Below are positions 37,093 to 48,500 of a stretch of 64,000 nt of DNA, one piece after another (the stretch's first letter is position 1; the number at the start of each line of letters is the position of its first letter). The stretch is taken from assembly GCA_037379345.1 (NCBI GenBank), contig CM074514.1, positions 10,850,001 through 10,914,000 of the forward strand. The letters run 5' to 3'. Origin of the DNA: Perna viridis (Eukaryota). The translations under genes were made by a program, and so were the position numbers. The notes under the pieces were generated by a model that saw only the letters and a program-made list of their open reading frames with translations, had not been told where the DNA came from and did no database searches.

Positions 37093-37741
37093 CCAGGCGT
37101 CGGTTTCGTCGCCCCGTGCAGGTCCGGGTGTTAAAAGAATAGGCCTGCAGCAGCGCTAAGCTTGTCGTAAAAGGCGACTAAATAGTGCTCAGAACCCTAG
37201 CCTAGTTGCCCACAAAGCAACTGGGATGTGTGCCCCAGGTGGTGGAATGGGGTACCCTTGGCGTGTTACATGCTGAGGTTGTCAGGCTATAATACGGAAA
37301 ACCTGACCGCAAACCATAGTGGTGCACAGTGTTGGGAAAGATGACACGTTCCTCGCACGTTAAAGAACCCTACTGTGGTATTCTCCCGGAGTAGGAACCA
37401 TAGGGCTCCGCCACAGGAGGCTAAATTGCCCGACCCTACCCACCTCTTCCTATTTTCAGTGGCAATCAAAATTTGTCGACCCCATTGTCCTTGTGTCCCA
37501 TCCCTTTTTCATTTCATAATCATTTCATGTTCATTTTATCATCAATTTCATGTTCATCGTCTGGATATAGCTGAAATATTGCTGCTCGGACGTTAAACCC
37601 CAACAAACAAACAAACAAACACAAAAAGTCGTAGGTGTAAAATTGATCGTAAATCATGACGTCACAATGCTATTTTAGTTTATGATGTCATTACTTCCGA
37701 TCAATTTTACACTTACGACTTTTTGTGAAATTGACGCCTGG
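37093..37741. mobile_element. Palindromic MITE interrupted by SINE copy 2
   Basis: The left arm CCAGGCGTCGGTTTC (37093-37107) + ACAAAAAGTCGTAGGTGTAAAATTGATCG (37621-37649) is the inverse of CGATCAATTTTACACTTACGACTTTTTGTGAAATTGACGCCTGG (37698-37741). Confidence 0.85.
37111..37620 (+). mobile_element. SINE-like retroelement, copy 2
   Basis: Same 5' start GCCCCGTGCAGG and same (CAAA)n tail as the other copies. A short internal deletion removes one hairpin arm near 37200. No clear TSD. Confidence 0.92.
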
Positions 37742-39082
37742 GTAAAATCCATTGGACTATACTCGGCGTCACATAAATAACATACTGTTAAAATTTCAAT
37801 AAAAATATTTTCTACGACTTTATTGACACCTACCTCGTTTAAATTGTCTTAAATGACTTGCTCATTCGTTTTCCATATTGGCTGAGTTGTTGGTCCGATG
37901 CTTGCCATATTGGACTAGCCTCGGACCATTATATAACCTTACGTAAAGATATAATATTAACTACTTAGCTATTCGGGAATTAGTACCTTAGGTTTTTTTT
38001 TATAACATTGTTCTTACAGGTTTTACCCGAATAGAAACATAGTTTGACAAATATCAAGGGTTAGTCGTCATTTTTTTTGCGTTATGAAGATCACAGTCCT
38101 TTGCTCTTTAAGATGTTTATCAATCTGAACAAATCAAATTCTGGTGACCTTCCAACGACCTTCATGTAAATAGGATTAATTTTACTTTTCTGTTCGTGTT
38201 TGCAATTAAGTTCTGGCTGACATTGATACTACTTTATATATTGATTTGTTTTGCCAATGGTTAGATTACATTGTTGGAATTTTATTGCTCCGCCATCTAG
38301 GTACTTGTGGTTACTTTTTAGGGTTAAACACCGCTAATTCCTACTATGCAGTAATAATCATCTCACCACCCAACAGTTAAAAAAGACAGATTGAATAACG
38401 GAATATAATCTTTTTTTCTAAAAGGGAAATTTATTTAGAGCATGTTATTAACCAACTTCCCAAAATACGTTAAAATATGTCAAAAACGGACCAATTGATA
38501 TGAATTCAAACCGGGCATCTATACAGGGCCAATCTATACGTAACATCAATTTTTCTATGCCATCTTAATTGATGTAAAATAGCATCCCCCTTTTGTGCAA
38601 ATACAGTGAGATTTTGGACATTCTTCACTTTTGGTGATAGAGAATTAAGTATCAAGCTGGGAGAGAAACTAATGAAGTAAAAATTGACAGTTTTAAAATT
38701 AGCATTAATTGTTTTGACATAACTTAATTCTAACGTATTCCTTTATACTGATTTATAGCAAGAGCTATCAGCTTAGTATTCACCAGAAAATAACAACTAT
38801 TTAAGGAACTTTTAGGGTCCAAACTAAAATCGGCGTACGGAGGATAATGAAAAGCCATGTGTAATGTATTTTGGGAACAGTATCTGCTCAAAACCTTCAG
38901 TGCTTCATACTTCATATTTATCATTGTATTTTGACATTGAGTTAACTGGCGGTGCGTTAAGCGGAACAAGTAAACGGGTAAGCTAGATTGACGACAACAA
39001 AGAATCAAATTTTGTTTTACTAATTGTTGTTAAATTGTTAAATATTTCTGTGAAAATATGCATTTAAATCTTTAAAATAATC

Positions 39083-39194
39083 TGCGCATGCGTTACAAAT
39101 AGTGTTTTTTGGGGGTTTTCTAATGAGTTAACTCGTTATTTTCCGATACACGCTTTAACATCACGGGACAACCATGATGCTTAACCATGGCAAC
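39083..39194 (+). promoter_or_regulatory. Candidate promoter of the repeat-domain gene (NRF1-like site and RFX X-box-like site)
   Basis: TGCGCATGCG at 39083-39092, TTAACCATGGCAAC at 39181-39194 (X-box consensus GTTNCCATGGNAAC, imperfect 5' half), and a possible donor AT|GTAAAT at 39229/30. Confidence 0.35.
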
Positions 39195-40330
39195 CAAAGC
39201 GATTTAGTATTTCATTGCATTGGACAAATGTAAATTTTAAGGCTACAATGGGGGCATTTTTCAATCACTTTTATATATTGAATATATATTGAGTATAGTG
39301 ATCACACAGATCACCAAATAAAATCTTAATTAGATTTGGGTATAAACAAAGCGAGAATATGCGTCGGCTATCTTTTTTTTAATATTACTTTTTTTCTTTA
39401 TACGTTTTTAGAAGTGAACTGTAAAGTTTTTTTTCGACATCTCAGTCTGTCTTATAATTCATATATGGGTTATGAGTACTTATTGAACTAAGTTTTCACA
39501 TTTCCTTGTTTTCTACTACTAAATTGAATGAAGGGAAGTGACCTTTGGTTTCACCATCGGTTAGCTGCTTTATATCAGTAGATTATTGGGAAATAATTAT
39601 GTCCTATTGAAACACAAGTAATAAGACAAAACATGGACTGTTTGGACGATATGAATTTGAAAGCAAACGAGACAAAATCAACTTGAAACGGATATATGTT
39701 TTACTACAACATCCAGGACATAGTTTTTTGTCTTGGTAGTTCATAGTCTAACATCTCCATATGCAGACCTAATGCAGTGGTATATCAGTTATTTCACGGA
39801 TCATGTTTTTAACAATAATATTATAACGCCATGAATCTAACTGAAATTTCATATTTATATTCACAGAAGCAAGGACTTTCTATTATATTTAAAACGCACC
39901 TTGGTTATAAATATTTGGAATGGAATTTTTTTAATTTTCAGCAATTAAAAGATGTATTTCTTATTTGTCCGACTTCTATAGACAATTCATAGACAGAAGT
40001 GAACATATTAAGTATATTTTTAGAGTTTCGATTCCATCTTTAGATTTCTTGTTCCATGTTCAAACAAAATTAAAACTTGTATCTAGTAAAATATTACTCA
40101 AAGAAAGGAACAATTCTCCACTCTCAAAAGCAGAACCGAAACAACATGCTGATATTAAGATACATAGAATGTCATATTCATTAATTAGGAATCGTTCGTT
40201 TAGCAGTAACAGAATCGATAGAATATGTCTTCTTACAGAAATCTCAAATGCTAGACTGCTTCCACTGGATATAACAAAATGACAGAACACCATTTTTTAT
40301 TTTTCTTATAAGATTTTACTAAAATTGAAA

Positions 40331-42940
40331 ATGTACGCACTACTAAACTAGTGAGTACTTGACTGGATTTGACCTCACTCTTCCTATTATAATACTTGTG
40401 TAACCATCTCTAATGTAACTGGATGTGCTTGCACTCCTTGTAGACGGGTATATTTATCATTATTCAACAGTACTATCTATATTTAATCTTATCCTTAAAG
40501 ACATTGTTCTTTACGTATATTTATATTTTAGCATGTAGTAATAGAGTAGCTACAAAGAGTGATCCGAGACAAGTCAACGAGCACTTATGTGCTGAAGCTG
40601 AGACGCTACAGAAAGACTATAAAAGACTTAAGCAAATAGTTGAACAATTGGCAAACGAATACGAGCATTCTAAAGACTTAGATCCTCTCCGTCGTTATAG
40701 AGAACTTAAGGGATTGATAAAAAGATGTGTTCTTCATCTTCATATCAAATCTGACGAGTCACGTGATAACTTACACAGTAGTAAAGAATTCACATATAAT
40801 TTGGAAATGGCAAAGAACAGAGAGAGCAAATATGCAGGTAAACTTTTAGAAAACTGGATGTAAATTAGATGACTATACCTTCACATGACATGTATGACTG
40901 TTATTTTGAATTTCGACATGATTTGAATGGGGATATGCTAATTATATTTTCAAAAGCAACGATAAAATCTTTCGTTTTGAGATAAGATTAAATAGATTAA
41001 AAAAAACAAAAAAGTCGGCTTATTTGCAGCGTCTTATCTCAACAAAAATTAAGCATTATTTTTCACAAATTCAATAAATACAGGGAGAAAATTCAATACA
41101 TTTCTAAGCAGCATGTGATGGATCGCTTGCTTGAATTAGACCGTTTTACCTTCATTTTTTTCAAAAATCCTTTAATACAAAACGGAATAATCGTTAATGT
41201 TCCATTAACACTTTCACAGATAAGCACAATTGGGTCATATCTCTATATTCATACATAAAAAGTCAATTTGAAAACAAAGTCGGAGACCATTTGACTGTAG
41301 AGGTCGAGACATTGACTGGGGCGAATTACAAATACAAGGTCTCTATTCCTTATGGATTTAAAGTTTGCAATTTTTACATCGATTTCTGTCTTACCGTACT
41401 TTTAAAAGATATTTCAAATCCACCATTCACCACTTTGTGGGAATGTAAATACATACACACACTCAGTGTAAAATCTGTGGTGCTATTGGCAAAAAATGTG
41501 GCATCTTTCATCATAGAATATTGGTAAAAAAGTTAAACATACATAACGCAAAAATATTTTTTTTTATTATTGCATTTTATTTGTTACATTTCATAATTAA
41601 TGAATGATGGAAATTAAGGGTGAATAAATATCAGAACAACGACAGTGACAATTTAAAAGACAGGATTTGTATCAGTAGAACTCAATGAAATACCGTTCAT
41701 AGGTTATTAATAATTTAAAAATAAATTAACTTTCTATAACTTATTCTCACTCATGAAGTTTCTATAACTTTTTCTGACTTCAATCATTTAATTCACGAAG
41801 TTTCGTAGACACATAGAACAAAACCAAGTTAAGATTTGTATTCCTGTTTCCTCTAGATTTCTCTTTTGTATTTTTCATTACGAAACAAATTATCTGTCTA
41901 AATGGCGTGGGTAAGATTGACATTTTCAGTTTGATTGATTCCCTTCAGAAAGTGATTTGGTCTTGATTACTGTATATAAATCACAAGTTCCCCATTGACG
42001 AGATATATTATTTTGTGTTAGGTTCGAAATGTCTACTAATAAGATGACCAACGGCTTGCATCGGAAACTTAGTGTTTATTTTTAATTTACTGAATTTTAT
42101 CAAAGCGAAATTTTTCATATAATTCGTTAGTGCAAATAAATCGTAATGATTTCGTCCGAAAGCTTCCATATATTTATCGTATGTGGTCTTAATTTTTAAG
42201 CAAATCTTTTACAAATTGGAGGAATAATGGACTCCTTTGATTTGATACGTCGTTGATAAAGAATGACGTTCGGGTTTTATCGACATTTTCGTAATCCCAA
42301 GATAATAACACATTAACAAAGGATACAGTTCGATAGCCCTTATAAGGAGGGAAACTTTTTTTATATTGGTATCTTAAATTGTGATGTAGACAGCACTATT
42401 AATCTTTAGGATTGTAAGTTAATTGTCAACCCTGTTTCAAAAATAAGCTTAGTCAATCAACTTAGTTTTCAATGTGAGGAGTGCAATAATTTGATTAATA
42501 TTTGGTTGATATAACTATGGTAAAAAAATTATCTTAAAGAAAAACAATGTCTCCGTATGTAAGGTAACGGGCGGATGCAGACACTTTAAAAATGAGGGGT
42601 GCTAGCCAGTTCCTCAGAAAAAGGGGAGATAGGACATTTTTTTACCATTTTTGTCACTTTTACATATTATAATGGAATAAAACTTTCTATGGAAATTCGG
42701 TCTTCTATCACGAGAGTAAACAAAATGTATTTTTCAGCTATGACGAAAGAAGATATTACAGAGGAAAACAAAGTGTTAAGAGGTCAGATAAGAGACTTAA
42801 AACGAGATTGTGCTATTGTCCGGGACTGTATACAACAACTAGAAAGGAACTATAATTCGTCTAAACAGTTCTCTCCCCTGCATCGATATCGAATAATGAA
42901 ACTTATGGTTAAGAAGGTCATTCATGATAAATTGCTATAA
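40331..42940 (+). CDS. Uncharacterised protein with two tandem ~55-aa helical/coiled-coil repeats; exons (40331-40350 tentative), 40532/40539-40837, 42738-42940
   Basis: Donor GCAG|GTAAAC at 40837 and acceptor TTTTCAG|CT at 42738 are phase-compatible. The two exons encode mutually homologous segments (QLANEYEHSKDLDPLRRYRELKGLIKR vs QLERNYNSSKQFSPLHRYRIMKLMVKK). The start is uncertain: ATG 40331 with donor 40350 fits only the second AG at 40538. Confidence 0.75.
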
Positions 42941-45527
42941 TGTTGAACATTTCGTAAAACAGCTTATTATGGAGTATGCCTGTTATATTCCTGAATAATT
43001 GTAATGTTTAGCCATGATTTATGTTAACGTTGCCTATTGCTTTGGCATTATGGTATGCAACTGAATTGCGTATAGGTATGGCAGAAACTATTTGATTTCC
43101 TGGAGGTATGGATTTTTTTTAATATAAGAATAACTTGATTTTAAATATAACGTTTTTTTTTGTAACCAGACCTGTCTTACATTGATCATAGCTAATTGCG
43201 TACACATATTTTTCTCAGCATATATTGAAAACAGTCCGATGTTCTACCTTTTACGTCATACAAATGACATGGTATTTCTGCTATGAATGAGGAAACATTG
43301 GTTTGGGAACGGCTATGGATTTTTATGTTGTCAAATTGATTTCATCTTGAACAACAACAAAACAACTTTTGTCACGTCCTATCTTACACAATATTTTTCC
43401 TCAGCATTTTGTTTCCAACCTCACATAAATGGCATGTTTTTCCTCTATGGATAGAAGGGATTGGATTTTGTATGTTGTTTCCTGTAATGTGATATTCACA
43501 CAGCATGCTCTTAGGTTTTGGTGGAGTCCAAGTTGCTCATTTACTTTTTTTCTTTGCACATATTATTTTGGTTATTTTATGCTCTTTGTCTATTTTTCCT
43601 GTCTAGTCTTTATTAAATCCCTGTATTGTTGCATTCTTTTGATCTCAGGTAGAACTTTGTTCCCATGATTTCTTTTTTGAAAAAATGTTTTTTTCTCACT
43701 TGCCCTGACACAAATTATTACCTCACTTTTCATGAAGAAACTTATTATTTAAAAAAAAATCTATAGATCTGCCATCAGTAAATCGAATGATTGCTGCTAA
43801 AGAATCACCATTTTTTTAGCTTTACATAAAATGTGATTCGGTGGTCATACAACCATTATGCTGCCAAATAAATATATTTCATTATGTTTGCACAAAGCAA
43901 TAGTTTCAAGTTAGAAGTGAATGAACAAATCTTCTTTATTTGTAAAGTTTGTAAAGAAGTTAATTATGTTTCCAATAAAGTTACAAGATTAAGCGGTAAA
44001 GTAGTTAAACTAATAACCCTGCTCAAGGACACTGTCTGAATTCCTGAAAGGAGCAAAATATTTCATGAAATGTCAATTTTGGAATACTCTATTGGGAAAT
44101 TAGAATCTTCAAGAAGAATGTACTCTCGTTTATTGCTTATATCTAACCAAATGGTGGCTATTGCAAGTTGGTCTATCACATTGGTGTCTCAATCTCTATT
44201 TCGGTTTTTGTTCATGACCTCAGTGGTCGTTAAGTGTGGTTCTAGACCATGGGCTCATTAGTCGTTAAAGAGTTTCTGAATCATGAACTCGCTGTTATGT
44301 CTTTTAAGTGGCCAGATGAAAATCCCATTTATCGTGATTCACGTGTTTATTGCATATGCTTCACGCGTAGCGAATAGCGAAGTAACCCATCCTTGTTTCA
44401 TAATTTTAGTTTACCCTTTAATGTTTGTCTTCGATGTGGCATTTCCATTTTATTTTATTTATTTCTATTTAATAGACATTTAAAAAGCAAAATCTGGATT
44501 AATCGCTTTCGAATGTTGGTGTAGTGAAGAGTTGCTTAGCTACATTAAGGTTAAATAAATGGAAAGCATGGTTAAAACAATACAAAACAAATAACCCATG
44601 AGGGTAGACCAAGCAAAAAAAAATCAGAGACGTAAGCAAGCATCGTAAAGAAACCCCATATGAAAAAAAACATTGTAAACGGAGAAGTAATAACGAGATT
44701 TAATTACTTGGTTATTGCCCTTATTATATTCTTGTATGTCATTGTATCCTAGTTATTATTTATGTATGAGTTTTTCAGAGAAGTAACGCCTATCCTTGAA
44801 GAGGGTAGGTATGATTTTGAATCAAATCGCAACATTACACAAACACACACATAGGTAATGAGTCACCACCTCCCGTGGCAGACTGCTGTAGGTACCATTG
44901 CTTCTACCCTGGACTTGACTTCTCAAGATAATACCTTAGTCTCTCCTTTCGCTGGCAAGTTTCAATAAGACAAGTTGACAAAGATCTACCACATTTTACA
45001 TTTTGTTTTGTTTGGCTTATTAGTCAGTAGACAAAGTAATTGAAAACACGTCATGACTAAACAATATACCAAAATAAATAGTAGCCATGACATGGGTAGT
45101 TGCATTTCAGTATTTTAGCATGAAAAAAATTAGTTTGTAGAACCGAACTTGAAATTGCCCAAGTTCCGGTCATATGACATACAGAAGGGCAATTGATGAA
45201 TTCAAGAAGCAGACAGAAAAGTTTATATAGATAGTTAATACATCTCTTCCTTGTGAAAGGTCACGGTAACAATTTCTGTGCTTTGTATACGTTAATACTA
45301 CAATTCTTTGCAAGATCTGAATGTTTTGAAAAAAAAGTCAGCTTAATTAAATCAAGTGAAAATATCTTGCAAACATCTTGCTATAAATATCCCAAGTAAT
45401 TACGTTAACAAACTGAAAAAAAAACAACTTCAAATGTATACGTTTAGTGACGAGATAATAATTATTACAATTCAATGAAAAAAATAGATAATAATAATTG
45501 AGAGGAGTTATAATTCACTTTGTCGAT

Positions 45528-48500
45528 TTACAGTCCAAGTCTAGCATTGAGCCATCTTCTCATCATGTAAATATCAGTGTAGATATCAGCCTTGTCAGGA
45601 CGAGCACAGTCAATACCCCAGCTAGTTACTCCTAAAAATAGTTAAAGCACTAGTAAGACTACAGGTATAGCATTGACTATGTTTGGTATTGTTAGCCGTT
45701 CTCTCAGCTGGTGAACTTGTAGCTGGAGTTTTTAACATATACGTGCAGTATTAAGTAACACCCAATGTTAATGCTGGCACTTTTTCTTTGAAATTTGATT
45801 CCGATATCACCTTAAAAAAATAACCATTTGATCTAGTTACTTACATGAAACAAACCAGGATGTGGCATTTAGTATGTGGATGAGACCGGTGACAGATAAA
45901 AAAAAGTTTATAAGTGTCATTTATCAGCATTAAAAAAAATCGCAATCATCACACTAAATATTTAACCGCTCAATCTTTTGAAATAGTCTATAAACAGTTG
46001 GGATAATCTCATTTCAAATTAATGAATACAGAAGTTACAAACGGTTTATCTTTTCGGTCTGAACGAAAATATCATTGACATTGGAAACATCGCAAGAACA
46101 AATTCGGTCATCAATATGTAAGAACAGACATCATGGACACAGACTGAATGGGTATGGACGGTAATACCAAAACAATAATACTGCAAACCCGATTACAATT
46201 TCTAAAATAATTATTTGACGTAAAATCTACATTGAAATTCTACAAAAATAAATTACGACTTCACCTACATTCCAACTGACTAAATTTTCAGAAAGTGAAA
46301 CTGTGAACAAGCACAAACAAACAGAAATCCCACTGTGTATTGGGTTCCCAAACTTTACAAATCACCTTATCAATATAGATTTATTTCCTCTTCAAACCAT
46401 TACTCAACAACCAGACTTTCTATTTTACTTACTAGTGAGCTCGATTCCATAAAAAAATCTTATTATAAATATTTTTTTACATCAAAATATGGAATTAACT
46501 ATTTCTGGAGTGTTAAAAAAACTCACTTAAAGTGCTTGGTAAATTACATGACCATGTGGGATCTTTCGAATCTGCTCAAAGTTTTGATTTTTCTACCTTA
46601 TACAATACACTTCAACATAATCTCATAAAACAAAAATTTGCAGATCTTATCAAATTGTCCTTTGGTGAATCGGGATGTGAGAATATTTTAGTAACGAAAG
46701 AAATAACCACATTAATTAGACTTCTTTTGATGTACTTACAGCACAGAGTTCTGGTAAGACAACATTTTTGTTCGCTTTGGGGATACCGTTTATCGTTAAA
46801 GTATTGGAATTCCCATGGGGACCATTGTGCACCACTGAATGTGGACCTCTTTCTGTCTTGTTACAAAACACAATTTATGGCTAGAATAGATAAAGAACTT
46901 TCCATTGATGACTTCTCATTCAGATCATATCACATCTCATACGTCATGCCAGAGCTTGCCGAAACTACGCAGACTTTTTGTATCGCGCTAGAACTCTAAC
47001 AAATAGGCTTCTGGAACAGGGTTATGTTGCTACAAGATTGAAGTCATTACTACAGAAGTTTTATGGTCGTCATCATGAACTCGTGGATCGTTAAGGTGTA
47101 TCCATCTGCACCATGAAAACTGATTTATTCAACGGGTCATAGTTTCCTTTCCTCCTTTGTCTACCCAGGACTTGACTTTTTATGAGCAACTCGGCGGGTG
47201 TTTCTAGAAAAGCAGAGGACGCTTACCCTACCGGTGCACCTGGTCCATGCTCCCAGTTTTTAGTGGAGTCCGAGTTGCTCATTTACTTTTGTTACTTTGT
47301 ATGTATGATTTTAGTTACTTTATGTTCTTTGTTCTGTATGTCTGTTTTCCATGTCTGGTCTTTGTCCTCCTTGGATTGCATTCTTTTCATTACCGCTATA
47401 ACCTTGGTTCCCTTGATTACTCTTAAAAACAACGTTTGGTAGAAATATTTTAACACCTTCTGATGTTTTGACGAAATTTTGGATCTTCAAAACGAAGACT
47501 TCAATATTTATACTAAAGAAACTGAGCATATATTGATAATAAGGAATTCCGTTTCTTGATCTTAGTATTCATATCCTGAATGGTAAACCTAATACTAAAA
47601 TGTACGATTGAAGGGATGATTTTTCATTACCTACTGTTAACTATTCGTTTTCAGATGGTGACGTCCCTTTGCCACCATCATTTAGTTTCTTTCGATTTGC
47701 TCGTATTTGTAACAAGGTTTCGAATTTTAACGAAAGAAATATTTACATAAACGAAAAATTACTACATCAAGGTTTTTGATTACACAAGCTCGTAAAAATA
47801 ACCGATAAAAGGAACTCATTCTCAAAATACAGATATAAATGATAAATACGTGCAGCTATCTCCCATCCTATATTTTATGGGAATATTCTTCACTAAGTAC
47901 GGAAAGCTCAATACTCAGCCAAAAATTGATTAAACCATTGAATATGCTAATTCGTAAAGGATATTGTTATGTTATTGTTGTCAAATCGTTTAAGATGGCA
48001 TTTTTAGCCCACTTGGCGTCCGTCGTCGCTGACAATGTTTCAAAAATCTTCTCCTTCGAAACCACTGGACCAATAAGAACCAAGCTATGTATAAATGTTT
48101 CTTGGGGTATTCTGCATAGAAATGATGTGGTGATTTTTGATCTGTCGAAAAATATAGCCACCGTTACTAAAAATAGAACACAGGGGTCAGACAGAAGTTT
48201 TTCGTATAAATGTTTAACATGATGAGATCTATCTTGGATGTTGGAGTTATTCCTTGTTCTACGTTTTTTTTTCTTTCCCAAATTTTCTCTGACATTACTT
48301 GACCAATTGGAATCAAACTTGTTTTGAATGTTCTAATTATAACTGATATGGGGATTTTTTATCTGTTGAAAACATGGCCGCCGTTACTAAAAATAGAGCT
48401 AAAGGGTTAGACAGAAGATTTTTAGCATTTATCTCCTTAACTCTTCAGTTAAGCCAAATTCTGATTGGGTAACACGGTTAAGCATGATAAAATCTATCTC

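Noticed and set aside
38730-39008. 92-aa minus-strand ORF diverging from the candidate promoter
   Set aside because: Non-ATG start in the track, no homology recognised, and no supporting splice structure.
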